Shown: positions 24,577 through 38,334 of the stretch, in pieces
Layout of the letters: each line of letters starts with the position of its first letter
How positions within the stretch are numbered: position 1 is the first letter of the stretch
Assembly (NCBI GenBank): GCA_002633005.1
Contig: NMRA01000006.1
Location: 204,485 to 268,484 of the forward strand
Reading direction: 5' to 3'
From: Phoronis australis
Taxonomy: Eukaryota; Animalia; Phoronida
Length of the DNA: 64,000 nt
Program-made: the position numbers and the translations under genes
Notes under the pieces: generated by a model
Database searches by the model: none
Told to the model about the DNA's origin: nothing
Seen by the model: the letters and a program-made list of their open reading frames with translations, nothing else

Positions 24577-25087
24577 ATGGGAGTCGAAGACGGCATTTCC
24601 ACGAATACCAACATGTTAAATACGAACATTTATCGGGACAAGGAGGTTAATTTTGCCGCCGAGTGCTTGTTAGCCATGTCAAACAGCGTTGTGACCAATC
24701 CAGTGGTGACTTTTGGTCGGAAAGATGAATGTGTTAGCCCCGTGATGGGCGAAACAGCTGATCAGCTGGACGTTTGCGGTGACTCTTTGTTCATGGTGGC
24801 GAGAATTTTAGCGGATTTCAACAAACGACGACACAACACGGATTTGGAAGATAGAAGCAGCGACGAAACAGATTCGTGTGATTCTTACGAACATAACTCT
24901 TACGGAAAATGCCTTAAAAAACGCAATACTTCGAACCGATTTGATCCCATTACAATTCCTTCCGCCGAAAACAGACGACGACGAAACAAAACCGAGCCCA
25001 AAAAACCGTTTCTATGCACATTTGTGGGATGTGATAAAGTATACGGAAAGTCTTCACATTTAAAGGCACACCTTCGCTCGCACACTG
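24577..25087 (+). CDS. KLF9/13: KLF9/13 coding exon 1 (SID plus zinc finger 1)
   Basis: Ends HT-g|gtaagt, phase 1. The start could alternatively be Met at 24613. Confidence 0.92.
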
Positions 25088-28000
25088 GTAAGTTTTAATT
25101 AGTTTGAGGGTACAGCGTGCCCACCTGTTCGTCGATGTTATCAATCAAGGCACTGAAGAAAAAGGTCACCAGTGCAGTGCTACACGAATGTTAATGTAAG
25201 CCCACTGTGTACATCATCTAATGATGACACACGTGGTAAGTTGAAATTTGTTGCACCAGGTCACTGTTGTTCATGTCTGTGATAATTTCATTATATAATG
25301 CCGACATGTTGCCTTGATGGCTTGATGCTCAGCTATTCAACACTGTAGCCTTTTAAGTTTAATTAAATGTGCTTAGGTCAACATTAATTTACAATACCTT
25401 GCAAGCCAATCCATTGTGTTAGCCTGTAGCCTTATTATTCACTGTGGAACACACAGTGAAGTCCAGTTTCCTTTCCATAGCCTTTCTCTAGCTGCTGTTA
25501 GCTGATACAAAGACAATATTTTGCACAGCACACACCATTGGGTCAGCCCCTTGTTCTTTTAATGGCCTGTGTTCAGGCTCACCATTATATCCAGAATAAC
25601 TGTTTTCAATTCTGTGGTTGGCAGGGGCATGCCTACTTACTTCTGTTTTGAACGAGTCTATAAAACTGTGAACAGGACATTATGCAGTCAGCATTGTGCA
25701 GTCAATATAAAACTGTAAACAGGACATTATGCAGTCAGATTGTGCAGTCAATATAAAACTGTAAACAGGACATTATGCAGTCAGCATTGTGCAGTCAATG
25801 GCGACTCAATAATGATGTGGAGTACAGAACTTGAAGAAGGGAACAATGGCTTTTAAATATTGGCACAATAGGTACAGTGAGAACCATCAAGTGGCTTCTT
25901 ACCTAATTTAGGACTTGTCTGATTTTGTTTTTGTCCCAGGGTGGTGAGGTTTAAGTTCTTTTACTTAAATCCTTAATACAGTGATTCTTAGGTCAAATAA
26001 AAATCTCCAGCAAGAGTTAAATCAAGTTTGTGAAGGTGAATCTAGCTTAAATTCAATCGGTGAGCTCCATTCTGTCTGTAAGGTATTGGCAATTCTACAG
26101 TCGCTAAATCGCCATTTTAGAATAGCGCTTAATGAAACGTACTCCCAACAAAAATTTTTAAAGACAGTGTTGCAGTGTTGGACTTTAATAGTTGCCTCAT
26201 GCAATCAGTAGGTTCTCCTTTGGACTTGACGAAGTTCGCAAGTCATTATTAAGATCTTGTTATTTAGCATACGACATTGGATTTCGTACCTGTTCATGTG
26301 TTGCGTGACACACCCCCTTTTGTACCTGTTTTGTTTTCTCATTAATTATTCATTGATCTGAACTCTACCTGGTTATCACGCTTTGGAGAGACATTGGAGA
26401 CATGTTATGCTTCGGGGATACTTGGAAAAGTGTCTGAATAAAAAAAACTGGCAGTATGACATTTTAGCCTGAAGGCCAATAATTTATATGTGCATTAAGT
26501 TTCGTTTTTAATTCATCTTGTAAAACCCACGAGGCAGATAGTCAAAATTTGTTGATTACCTCAGTGACTTTCATAATAGAATACCATATTTAGTTCACCC
26601 AGTGGGTAATTGCGTTCTTGGATCCAGGTGACTCCGTGGACAGGTGGTAGTTAAGGCTTCGACTGACTTGTCAGGCTCTACTTTGTCGTTGAGTCTTGAA
26701 CTGTGGTTTCATACATATACCGCTGCTCACCCCACCCCATCTGTGGACATGGTCCTGCCCAACAGTCAGTTCGAGGAGAGGGGATTGAAAGTGAAAGTGT
26801 GGCTGGCCAGTTTCACTGAACTGTCCGCCTGATTAAGTTTCTTTCTTGTGTCCTGTTTCTTTTAAGTAACACTTTGTCATTTTTACGCCTTCTTCCTAAA
26901 GAAATACGAGTAATGACAAATGCTCATGTTTTTCTCTATATTCTGACAAGTTATTGTGTAAATGAAACTATGCCAAATTTTCAAGTTCAAACTGACCCAC
27001 ATTACCAGACTGTAATTCTTAATTTCTTAACCATCTCTTGTCAGCTGCATTTCATAAACATTTTTGTATTTCTTTACTAATATGGTTCCAGGTGGCATAA
27101 ATGAATTTGTGTCATTTAATTATAATGGAACTGATGGAGGTTTGCACTGCACTTGAACTCCTCGGTCAGTTCAGGTCAATGAGATCATGTTTCACCTGCC
27201 TGTTTAAAAATAGATGCCAAGGGAATTTCCATCTTTTCGGACACACCCAAGGTTGTGAAGTGTTTTCTATTATTTTGAACTTCGAGGTTTTGTTTTTCAA
27301 TGTGAAATGGGAGATTTGCTATTGTACTTAGAAATCAAACTAGCTTTCTGAAGAATAAGTTAATGTTTGAGTTAACACCTGGTTTATTGTATAACTGTTT
27401 GTTTATTATCTCTTATTTGGTGATGTTGTCAATTGGAGGGGTACTATTTCTGGAGGCAGAGTGCTCAGTGAAACTGTCAAAGGGATATCTGACACAAGTT
27501 CACTAGAGTTGGGTAAATTCACTTGTATCCTGTGACACAGATGGTGTTAGTAGTATTCTCCACAAAAGAAAATTTTCTCTCGTTGTGAATAACTGTCTTA
27601 AGTCCACAAATGTCCTTTTACAATTAACAAATAACTGACTGTGGTGCCATGAGTTCAAACTAGTATTAAGTCACGTTTGTTTTTTCAAACTCGCTGCAGG
27701 TACGTAGGCGAAACTTGTCAGAATTCAAACTTGTATCTGTGGCGAGTCAAAATGAGCCTTGAAGAACATTAGGCTTGCCTTGAAACCAACCTTTTGCCTC
27801 TTTCACAAAATTCGGGAGTGAAAGACAATGCGATTACATGCTTCATTAGAAGTGCATGGTGATATCTCCCAAAAGCTTGTAAGTGCCCACCATACTCTCC
27901 AAAATAAGCCTTATAACGGGCAGCCCTGGGTAGTCAGCAGTAACTCTAGAACCTCGCTAAAAAGCAAGACTTCGTGGGATTCCGTGAGATATTGCCATTT

Positions 28001-31000
28001 ATTTTAAATGAGAACATCGAGGTCCTAGCTTAGGTCCTAGCGTTACTGATAACTCTACCCTGGATTGCAATAATTCACTCTTTCCTCAATGAATGAATGC
28101 ACTCAAACAGAAACATGGATGATGCAAGTGTTTCTCAGTATTGCATAGGCTAGCTCAAGTGTTTATTCTGATCATAACCTAATAGATTGGTATGGTGAAA
28201 TCTAATTTATGATACGATATGGAGAACAAGCGTAGTTTTATATTTTCCTCTTTTTTCGTGAGAAACGCAGCATCAAATTAATTCTGTACCATGTTCAAGA
28301 TCTGTGTCATAGCTATTATGATCAGAAAATACTTTGAAAACATTGGTGAGATATTACCATACTCTTATTTGACTAACACTGGGAGTGGGCACGATGCAGA
28401 GACTTGCATTGAAACCAGGCTTGAGTTCTGTAGACCTCAAGACATTCTCTTGCACTTGTGGCAAATAATCTTCGCTCATGTAATAGAAACAATGAGTTCA
28501 GCACTATACAACTTTACCGGCCCATCACTTCCCTGGCCGCCGTTTTGGTGGAATGAGCTAGTATTAGTTCCGGAGAATACTCACTCTCTCTCGCGTAATT
28601 CTGGAGGAACTTGTTTTTCTTAAAAAAAAAAAAAAACATGATCCACAGAACGCTCTCCACAGTTGCATTCACTGAATCTGGTCTCTTGGACGGTAGGCAG
28701 GGTTTTGCAAACGTTCTCTGGGGATCATCCCGATCAGAGTAACCTGACCTGCCTAGCTTTCATTCTCCTACTCAAGCCTTTAGAATTGGTAGAGCTAATG
28801 TCCACGTGATTTCTCCGAACAATACCTGAAAATGAACACCTCGGACTTACTACGCCCGTAATTGCATTTGCTCCATTTGCTCCTGTTTTCCAGTTCGGTT
28901 GCCATGGCGATCGTAGCTAGTCTGTAATGATGGAAATTTTTTTTTGTAAGTCCCAATTCTGTGGGTAATTAGCTGTTGGTTTGACATGGTGTTAGTTTAT
29001 TGATTTAGACCAGATCCTGATGTGTTTGCTCTGACATGTTGAAAGCTTCTATTGTGTCGGACTGTTTATTAATTGTGATAGGCCTTCTAGTGGCTTTAAA
29101 ATCAATGCCTGTGTGATGTTCACAAACATGGGTTAATTGCCAGTGGTAACGTTTACGGAAGAAGTTTGAAGCCAGCCTATGAATGGATGCATGCTTATGA
29201 AAACTATCAGATAGTTTAAAAGCCCATTCAGTGCAATTTTTGAAAATTATTGTTTTGGTTTTTAGCGATTTTGTAATTCTACAATTTTTTTTTGATAGGC
29301 GAGATTGCGTTATTAATTACACGTAAACTGTGGATTGAATGGGGGGGGGGGGGGGGGGGGGGGNGGGGGGTCTTTGAAATTGAGTTCTATTCTTCCAATA
29401 GAGTTATCTGCCAATGTGGAAGGTGTTATCTGAAATAGGTTTTATGTGTGATCCGGGGATTTGTTAAGTGATAAAGTTAGCACAGTTTATTGGAATACGC
29501 GCGATTTATTGAAATATTTTTTGCTTGCAAGTTTCTACAACTAATTCCTAAACTATGTCTCGTTTGAATATTTCATTATTTGTGTATGTGTGTTTTTGCA
29601 AAATTTCAAAGACTACTTCGTCGCGACATCGTGTTCAGCAATGGTTCCTTTCATATACGTCCAGTCAGTCATCACAATTGAATACTGTACTAGTCATTAA
29701 TTTGTTCCTATACGTCTGCAGACCTACTGGAGCGATACTTCAGTGACCCAATGTTGGGTGGTGGTGTGCCAAATAGAATTTGAAAATTCTACTCCATCAC
29801 GGAGATTTTTTTACCGACCGACGAAAAGTCCTCTCACCCCTGACCATCAAAATATGACCATACCATTTGAGGTTTTCAAAAAATTTTGATATTCTTGTTT
29901 TGCATTTTCATTGGTAAAATGTGCTTTTACCTAAATTGTAATATTCAGCTTATTTTTAGCCTCAGTTGAACTTCAGTCTATTTTTTCACTTCTCTGACCC
30001 AGTTCTACCACACTTTACTGTGGCTAGGTATCCCTCCTTGCCTGTACTCTTCAGCAGCAGACGACCACTCAGTAATTTGTACTCCCCAATTCATAAGAAC
30101 ACCAGAGTAGAGTTCAGTGACGCAAGGACCTACGCGAGGACCTCGCTAAAATCTAGCCAAAATCATGTGTTCTCATTCAAAATATGCGGCAATATCTCAC
30201 GTAATCTCGCGAAGTCTTGCTTTTTTATTTTATTGATGTCCTAGCGTTACTGAACTCTATCCAGTCTTTTGTGTTTGTGCCAGGTACCTCCCCTGGTGGA
30301 CGTGTGCCAACCTGCTCAGAGCACCTCTCATGTCTTTGTGTTTGTGACAGCTGGCATAATCACACATGGGTCACTGGGTTACAGGGAAGAGCAGCTGGAG
30401 CAGCCAGAGGTGCAAAGGTGGATGGTTGGTCCCCTCTTAGGTCAAACCTTTATCCATTGGGCTCATTACAATTTAAAATGTGTCAATAATTTGGGACACA
30501 AGTGAATTTTTTGTTGCTTCATTTTTTGATATACAGTGCGCATCAAATTAATCTTAGGTTAATATCGTGTTCAGACTGGTGCTATCAAAGGTATTACCAG
30601 ACAAGATTTTGAGATACTGTGGGCATTTGCAGTAATGCTAAGAGTCCAAGACAAGTTTGGCCATTATTTTTGTCTGAAATTGCGGAGAAGTATCATTGCC
30701 GTATGCAGTTAGCATAGCACGTAACATTGTAAGGCGTGATTTTGAATCTTGTGTCTGAAACTGGGAAACGTGCATTGCACTAGTTATTTTTTCCTTTTTG
30801 ATGCTTTGTGGAGGCGATTAGGCATGGTAGAACACGTCCCCTGCCCCCCTCCCCCACCAAATGGAGCAAGGAAAATTGGAAGCTGTTCACCTGCATTGAA
30901 ATTACCTTCTGCCTTTCGAAATAATTCTTGCAGCTTTATACACGATTTGTAAATCTTAATATCTGGAGTTAAACAGTTTTTCCCAGTTACTTTGTTTACT

Positions 31001-34000
31001 GTATTTTTGTGACAATGGTTAGGTTTAGTACTAACCCAGTAACCCTCCAGGATGTAATCTCAGGACAATCCATATAAAGCTTCAGGGAGCTTGCATTTAG
31101 TATAGAATGAAATATTAAACAGTTTTCCCCAACATGTATAAGTTGTCCATGCCTGCTATATTTTCCCTGGTGCTCTTATTTGTGGGCTGTCAATCTGGGC
31201 CTGCAGAGGTCCACCTGGCTTGGTCTTATCAAGTTCTTTGTCTCCTCGCACCACCTGTATTATAATGAAGGCACATGTACACACTCAACTGGGTCAGATA
31301 GCAATCAATGCTGTGTCAACTTGTTGATGATGTAAGTGTTTGTTGTTTGTGACCACAGGGGGCACTGGCAGCACTGGCTGTTGTGACAAAGGAACTGCAA
31401 TAAACTCCGGAACTGGTGTCTAAAATTAATTTTGTGTACTATTTTAGCTTTTCTAAAAAGTATAATTGGTCAAAACGGGAGAGATAAAATAAACATAAAA
31501 TATGGCATGAAATGCATGGTTATTTTAAAGCAGTAACAAACATAAAATTGATCTTTTGAGCTGCTGCGCAGTGCTTTATGGAGTGAGTGAAGTGGTTATG
31601 CCTGTCTGTAGTCATCATGTACAGTTCACTCAGCAGACGACATGCTAATGCAGACCGTCTTGAAAGTTAAGAGTATTTGTGTTTTATACTGCTGTGGAAT
31701 AAAAGTGGATTTTACCCAAAATCTTATCTTTCATTTCAATAACAAATGAGTAAAGAAAATAACATGTAAATCGCAATAGCCAACATGTTTCAACAACTCC
31801 AGTGTCATTTTCAATACTTGTGTTGGCTATTGCAATTTACATGTTATTTATGTTATTTTCTTAACTCATTTGTTATTGAGATGATCAGTCGTGTGTGGGA
31901 GTGATTCAGGACATTATTTTATCTTTATAAAAAGTGACATTGACTGTGGGTCCTGGTGTTTCACAGCTTCTGCCTAGACTCGGAGTCTGCGTCCATAACT
32001 AATGGCATGTGCACTCGGTGCTTATGAATCGGACCCTCTTTTTGTTGTTTGACTATATCGGAAAGGTGTTCAGTAATTACATGATTTTTGTTGACATTTA
32101 GTGTCCGTGTCTCCAATAAAAAGCAATTATGTTGATAATATTTTCCCAGGTGCAAAAGCATGGTGGGATATTTTGCGTAGTTATTCACATTTTAACTGGA
32201 GATTGCTGTGAATACAAACTGTATTTGCTTAAGTGCAAGTTTATCCAGTGTCGTGCGTTTCTAAATGATTCGCGCTAGTTTAAACTCTAGCCTGTAAGTT
32301 CAGGCTACTCCGGTAGAAATTTGTCAATTCAGGAAAAAATAATTGCTCAAGTTGCCGTACTTTTATTTTTCATGGGCGCATCACGTTGTTACTATGGTGA
32401 AAAATCACCAAATGTTCTTTGGTAATAGCTACACCATACAAACCATGCAGAAAGCAAAGTAGATTTTCCTGAAAAATAATTTTTGTTGAGAAATTTGCCA
32501 AAGTGAAATTTCACCTGCCCGCTATATTGTGTCCCAAACTGAAGATTTTTTACCACACTTGCTTTGTGAAAAACAACCTGTGTCCTTCTTTCACCGTAAT
32601 GCAAAGACAAAGACAAAACATTCATTTGCTAAGTCTAATTCTGAAAGTACCAGCACTCTTAGTCTCTCAATACACTCAAATTTGTGCCACTATGTACAAT
32701 ATTTCATTTATTGCTTCACCAATCATGGCTATACAGTGCATTTAAGTGGTCTCAACCATTAAAATATTTGGTCACTACCATCACATTCTTCAGTCTTGCA
32801 CCCAATACTGTCTGAAACAATTATCGTTTTTTATTATCAAACTTGTGATCTAATTATTCGCAGAAAAGAACTTTGTTAACCAAAAACACAGAGCAAAGTG
32901 ATCTCTCCTTTGGGACTTAACTGAACATTGCAGTTGGCAGCGTTCTGCCATTACCATCAAGTTCCTGTGAGAACACTCCGAGTTCAGAACTTATGTTGTT
33001 GAAAACTGGACATTTTAACTTAAGGTCTTGTTTTCCACTCCCTCAGGTGAGAGGCCATTCCCTTGTATATGGAAGGACTGTGGGAAAGCATTTGCTCGTT
33101 CCGACGAGCTCTCAAGACATATCAGAACTCACACAGGTAAGAATAGCGCTTTTATAATCGATGCTTTTATTGGTGTTTGCAATCCTCTCGCGAATTGTAA
33201 CGTCATCTTGCAGTGTTCTGAACTCATCCCACCACTCTCTGCTCACTTGACCTATTTTGGTCGCTCAGTTAACGAAATTAACCGTTTTCAAACGCTTTCA
33301 ACATTGTTGTTGATGCCAAAATTTATTTTGTGCTACTTTTGCGGAAAAAAATGAAGAATACCATCTCCCTGACTCTCTGAAATTTTAACGTACTCGCGTT
33401 CGCTAACTTTGAGTTTACCTTTGTTACCGACTTTAAGGATTTTTGCAAAAGAGTATTGATGCACTGCCCGATGATTGTTCATGTAAAAAGTGGCTAGATA
33501 ACTGATAGCAAAAATGGGTTTGAAGGTGTTTCCATATCCGTCAACTATGGTTAGGGATATCATAGACTTAACAGTACTGCGGTAATGGTCGGATACAACG
33601 TGCCCGAATTTTGAGAACCAGTTTTCTTCACTGAATGACGGGCATCAAACTGGTTCTCAAAATACAGGCATGTAATATCAGAGTATTGCCCGGGAATGCC
33701 TCTTAACACATCTTATGCTGGCTAAGCTGCTGTTATAGATACCGGCAAGTTGTTAATACAAAACCAAAAAAATTCTGCAAATTGACGTCACTGACCTTTC
33801 TGTTAATGCTACACCTTACAGACGCACGTAGTGCTCATCATGCAGTGTTATTCTCCAATACTACGTCATGCTACTCACTGGACACAGTTCGGTGATTTCC
33901 AGCGGATCATTTTCACCACAGCACTTGTTCTTAGAAATATTAAGCAACTTATACGCCACTTTGTATTAACAACACGCCAGAACACGGTTGCCGTGTGTAA

Positions 34001-36056
34001 AATTCCTTACTAGGTTGGCTAAATAATCACAGAGATGGGTGATTAGCTTCCAAATTTTATTGGTTAAAGCTTTATTTTGCCATGTTCAGCTTGCTAAAAC
34101 ACCTAAATTGAATTAGGCCTGATAAAATCGGCCCCGTAATACTTCTTACCGTGATAGGATTCTATTTTCGTTACCATTGACTTGAAGTTGATAACGGAAA
34201 TAAAATCCTGTCACGGTAAGGAATGTTATGAGACCGTTTTTATAAGAGTCTAAGGCCTGGTTGATATTCATTGTTTTGCCACCTGAACAGGGCGAAATGC
34301 AACTTTACGTAGAAGGTAGGTATACAGATTGGGGCTTATACTTTAACAAATACTATACACCTGGTTCTAGCAAGGACAGTCCAAGTATATTAAGACAAAT
34401 GCGATACTGTATTTGTTATAGTATCATCATGGTATTTAAACTAATCCTAATATAAACCATGTTCACTTTCAACACTCTCATCAAATTTAGTATACGACAT
34501 GCCAATGAACATCCAGGGTAAGATCATATTAGCTATGACTAGGCACACACAACCTTTGCTAAAAGGTGCCCTAGGAAAGTAAAAATAACTCTCATAGGTA
34601 ACCTGCAGACACCAGATTCATCAGTTAGTGCTGTCTCCATGTGATATTCCTTCCAGCCTTCACAGGTTAAGTAAGCTTGACTTTTGCAGCTGTGACTAAT
34701 TACAGTACAAAGTAGCAGGAGGTCAAATACAGGAGGGTGATAGCCCTGACTCCTGTTGGTAAACACTCCTGACCTAGGTAGGGTGACTTGTGCTGGGCAA
34801 CGGAGCTTTTATCTTCTCTGATGTCGTGAATGTAAAAGCGGGTGCTCAAATATTTGAGTTGCACATTCTTTTCAAGAATATCAATTGAACTGCAAATTCC
34901 TTAGTGAATGGGTAAATGAGGGCCTTGCTTTGTATGAGTAGGGATAATGTTGAAAGATATTGCCTCTGAATACCCCCCCCACCCCCGCTGTTGTGCTGCG
35001 GAGAATGCCATTGCTTTTGTCAGTATAAGTAAACTGAGTAAAATATGGTGACAATGAGCCAGTTTTGCACTAAAGTCTATTTAGCTGCAAGCAAAACTAT
35101 TGCGAAATTTACCCCCAAACAATTCTAATATCGTTGTGAAGGCCTGAGATGTTTCACACTTCATTTTGAAAATGTGCAAGATATGTAATCGTTTTCTTTC
35201 TCCGTTACTGTACCGGAGATCTCCAAAAGAGACCCGTGGACCGGAGGCTCTTTTCGCAAACTTTCGTTCTGCCACTGTTACTTTGTGTCCAAAACCTGTA
35301 TTGCCACCCGCAGCGCTCTCATTCAACTATGGGTTTTTACGGTATATTACAAGAGAAAAGTTTCAGTTTGTCATCAACAGCTTGGCTACATATGACAGAA
35401 GAAGCCTGATAACTGTTGGGTTGATAAGTCACTAACTTGAAATAATTTGATGGTCCTTGTCAAAGATTGAGAAATATTGACATCTTGTCCAGGTTCTCCT
35501 CGTGTTTCAGACATCCAAAATAATTCTGTAAGAGCCCTCCCTCTTGGGGGCTTCTTCTATCGTTTCTGAAATAGCTCCCATGGCAGCTTTATAATGGCAT
35601 CTTTAGGAAATACCAGGTTGTACATGTTTGGCAAACTATACTAACAGAATCTCGAATGTAGAACTGAAGAAGCTTTCATTGTATAATTTAATAACACAAA
35701 CGAACTGCGAAAAAATTGTTTGCTTCGAACATTTTAGCACATTTTGTAGCTGTTAACCGGTAGCTAATTCTGAAGACGTTAGTACTTTGAAAAAATGTTA
35801 TGTTTGACTATTTTTGTATTTATAACTCAAAATTGAATTTGCTTCAGGTGAGAAGAATTTCGTCTGTCCGATATGCGACAAGCGCTTCATGCGTAGCGAT
35901 CATCTTAACAAGCACGCGCGGCGACATCCCGAGTTTGAACCGAGCATGCTCAAAAAGAACCAGTCACGAAGAGGTGGCTACAACGATTACAAGGTTACGT
36001 GTACAGATGGTGATGAATCGTCAGGAGCCAGTCCGTCGTCATGGAGTTCAAGTTGA
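24577..36056 (+). CDS. KLF9/13: Krueppel-like factor 9/13 (BTEB family); join(24577-25087, 33047-33136, 35848-36056), 269 aa
   Basis: Sin3-interaction motif AAECLLAMS and the KLF9/13 motif [13 protein letters not shown]. Three C2H2 fingers: [57 protein letters not shown]. Exons total 810 nt, in frame. Confidence 0.95.
25659..25798. repeat. Minisatellite, 3 x ~47 bp
   Basis: Unit tataaaactgt(g/a)aacaggacattatgcagtcagcattgtgcagtcaa. Confidence 0.9.
27925..28063. mobile_element. MITE; inverted copy of the element at 30101-30264
   Basis: TIR-like gggtag...cagtaactctagaacct / aggtcctagcgttactga...ctctaccc; shared core aaaaagcaagacttcg...gtgagatattgcc...aatgagaaca. Confidence 0.65.
30101..30264. 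mobile_element. MITE; inverted copy of the element at 27925-28063
   Basis: Ends gtagagttcagtgacgcaaggac / gtcctagcgttactgaactctat. Confidence 0.65.
31731..31884. repeat. Long inverted repeat (foldback/MITE remnant)
   Basis: tcatttcaataacaaatgagt...aataacatgtaaatcgcaatagccaaca pairs with tgttggctattgcaatttacatgttatt...actcatttgttattgagatga. Confidence 0.8.
33047..33136 (+). CDS. KLF9/13: KLF9/13 coding exon 2 (zinc finger 2)
   Basis: cctcag|[29 protein letters not shown]|gtaag; 90 nt, phase 1-1. Confidence 0.95.
33580..33692. repeat. Imperfect hairpin
   Basis: Core attttgagaaccagttt / aaactggttctcaaaat, with weaker outer arms. Confidence 0.65.
34115..34250. repeat. Imperfect hairpin (MITE-like)
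   Basis: cttaccgtgataggatt...ttttcgttacca / tgataacggaaataaaatcctgtcacggtaag. Confidence 0.7.
35848..36056 (+). CDS. KLF9/13: KLF9/13 coding exon 3 (zinc finger 3 plus Ser-rich tail)
   Basis: cttcag|[34 protein letters not shown]...SPSSWSSS*. Confidence 0.95.
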
Positions 36057-38110
36057 GGCAATGCACATCGCGTACAGAATGCCCACGGATAACCGATTTA
36101 TGAATTCAGCAAATGCGGACGGTTTTGAAAGCGAATGTCTTCAGATGTACATGATGGTGAAGCATCAATGATTCGATCTACGTCAGGGTCACTGACGGAC
36201 TCTATTCTAAGTAAACAGTCTGTGATTAGTCACTGCCATCTTATTTTGCGAGTTGGTCGAGTGATTTAGTAATGCAGGTGATGACCAATTAGTTGCATTT
36301 CATGGAGTTTTTTGTTCCCACATCCACATTCACCAGGCCCCATAGTCTAATTGCTGAACTCAAACTCGACTCGGGCTCGATAATTAACCAATCACGCTGT
36401 GTAAAATTTGAGTTTAAATTTGTAAGGTTATTCAAGACGTGTCATGCATTTGGTCAAATGTCGAGTCGAGTTTTGTGTACAGAGTTTAGAACCTGGGCCC
36501 AGGTCTCAAAGGAATGCTGTTTCAGAAATGAGGAGTGGTTAATGTTTTTACTTAGTTTAAAGAACCTTGTTCAAATCTAAAAGATTTGATTTCAGTTTGC
36601 CTGCATCAGTATTACAGAATGCATTTTGTTGACTTTGGTAACTGTTGGTTATGCAAAGCAATACGGAGATTTCTGTGTTATGTTATTACCTCTACAATTT
36701 CGGAGAAAAATTAGTTCTCTAACCTCTCAATAACCTTTTCTGAACCCTTCTCAAAGTACTGTAACTTTGTCTTGAATGCACTCAGTTAAAGAAATGTATG
36801 GTGGACCTGTGTTACAGTATTCAAAAAACAATTTGACCTACTTAACTCTTATTGGAAACAAAACTCACATCTTGAGTCCTAGATTGGTGAAATTTCACCG
36901 TACATCTGTGTGAAAGCCGCCATAAGTTCATTTTTGTAGGGAAGTTTATTTATCAAAGGTTTTCGAAGGTAACATCCGCCCTCCCTTTTGTACAAATCGT
37001 GTATGGAATTTGTCGGCACTCGGCATTTGTATGCACCGCTGTATGTAAGATGATTTGTATAGACATTCTAATTCCATTGTACTCAAGTGTGCGTGTGCTA
37101 TAAGCATATATATAAGTGTGCTATATGTTATGTGTTGCAGCATTCATCCTAACTTAAGTCTATTTATCTATTGAATATTATTGTCGTTATTATTATTGGT
37201 GCAGGGAACATTTGATTTAATTATTAGACTTGTGGGCGTGTCTTGTGGTAGAGAGATGTGTCATTGGAGAAAGAATTGACGTCTGGCAGTGTGTGAGAAA
37301 TTACGGTTTTGTAAAATGTATTTTTTAAACTTTTCTTCATTTGATCAATTTTAAAGAAAAAATTTTATCTGTTACTACTTTTCAATTTTAGCATTTAGTT
37401 TTTGGTCACGTTTTGGAATTGAAGATGTTTATGGGATTTTAGACTTAACTCGCACTGAAAAAATGTTGTCATACTAGTCAGAGGTTTTCACTTAGTATAA
37501 AATGTTCATTAATTGTCTGTGAACAATTTTAAACAGTGTTTAACTATCAAGGATGTTATTTGCAGTAAGACACCTCATTATTTTGTGATTCTCTACTATA
37601 TCGCATGATGTGAAGTTGATTAGTCCAAGTAGCCCTGTTTCATGCTTAACTGTATTGTGTTTGACTTCCATATTATACCGTGTGCAATTGACAGGGGACA
37701 TAACTCCAGAGAGGTCACTTCTTTGTAGGCAATACTCATTTGAACTTTAGTGCAGTGTGAAAATCAGTAGGCACTTTCAAAATTGTAACATGTTCTAGAA
37801 TTTTTACTCATTTAAATTTCATTTATCATTTCTTACTTTGGTTTTTGAACTGATGGCATTTGATGATGTATTAGGGTGATGCGGTGATGCTTGGTTACTG
37901 CCTTTTAAATTGTCTTTGGAGGAGTGACAATCCAGTTTTCAGACTCACAATTACTTTGGTACACCTACATCCAGTGATTGGACTCTGTAGGAACTGTGAC
38001 CATTGGTTAACTCCTGTGCCAGGGTTGAGAACTTTGCAGGCTTGACCTCTGCATCCATTGTTAGACTGTGCGTGCTCAGTGCCTGCAGGCCAGATATGGA
38101 GCTCAAACTT

Positions 38111-38334
38111 GGGTGTAAAATTCAATCTCAAACTCCAGCTTAGTTAAGATACTTTCTCACTTACCTGAGCATAAACTCTAGACTGGGTGTAAAATTAGAT
38201 CTCAAACTGCAGCTTAGTTAAGATACTTTCTCACTTACCTGAGGATAAACTCTAGATTGGCTGTAAAATTCGATCTCAAACTCCAGCTCAATTAAGATAC
38301 TTTCTCACTAATATTTGAGCATTAACTCTAGACT
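38111..38334. repeat. Minisatellite, 3 x 74 bp, in the predicted KLF 3' UTR
   Basis: Unit gggtgtaaaatt..atctcaaact.cagcttagttaagatactttctcacttacctgag.ataaactctaga.t. Confidence 0.9.

Noticed and set aside
29340-29370. Poly-G tract as a functional G-quadruplex
   Set aside because: A homopolymer containing an N; its length is unreliable and may be a sequencing artefact.
35800-36171. 123-aa ORF over KLF exon 3
   Set aside because: Wrong frame; the zinc finger is in another frame.
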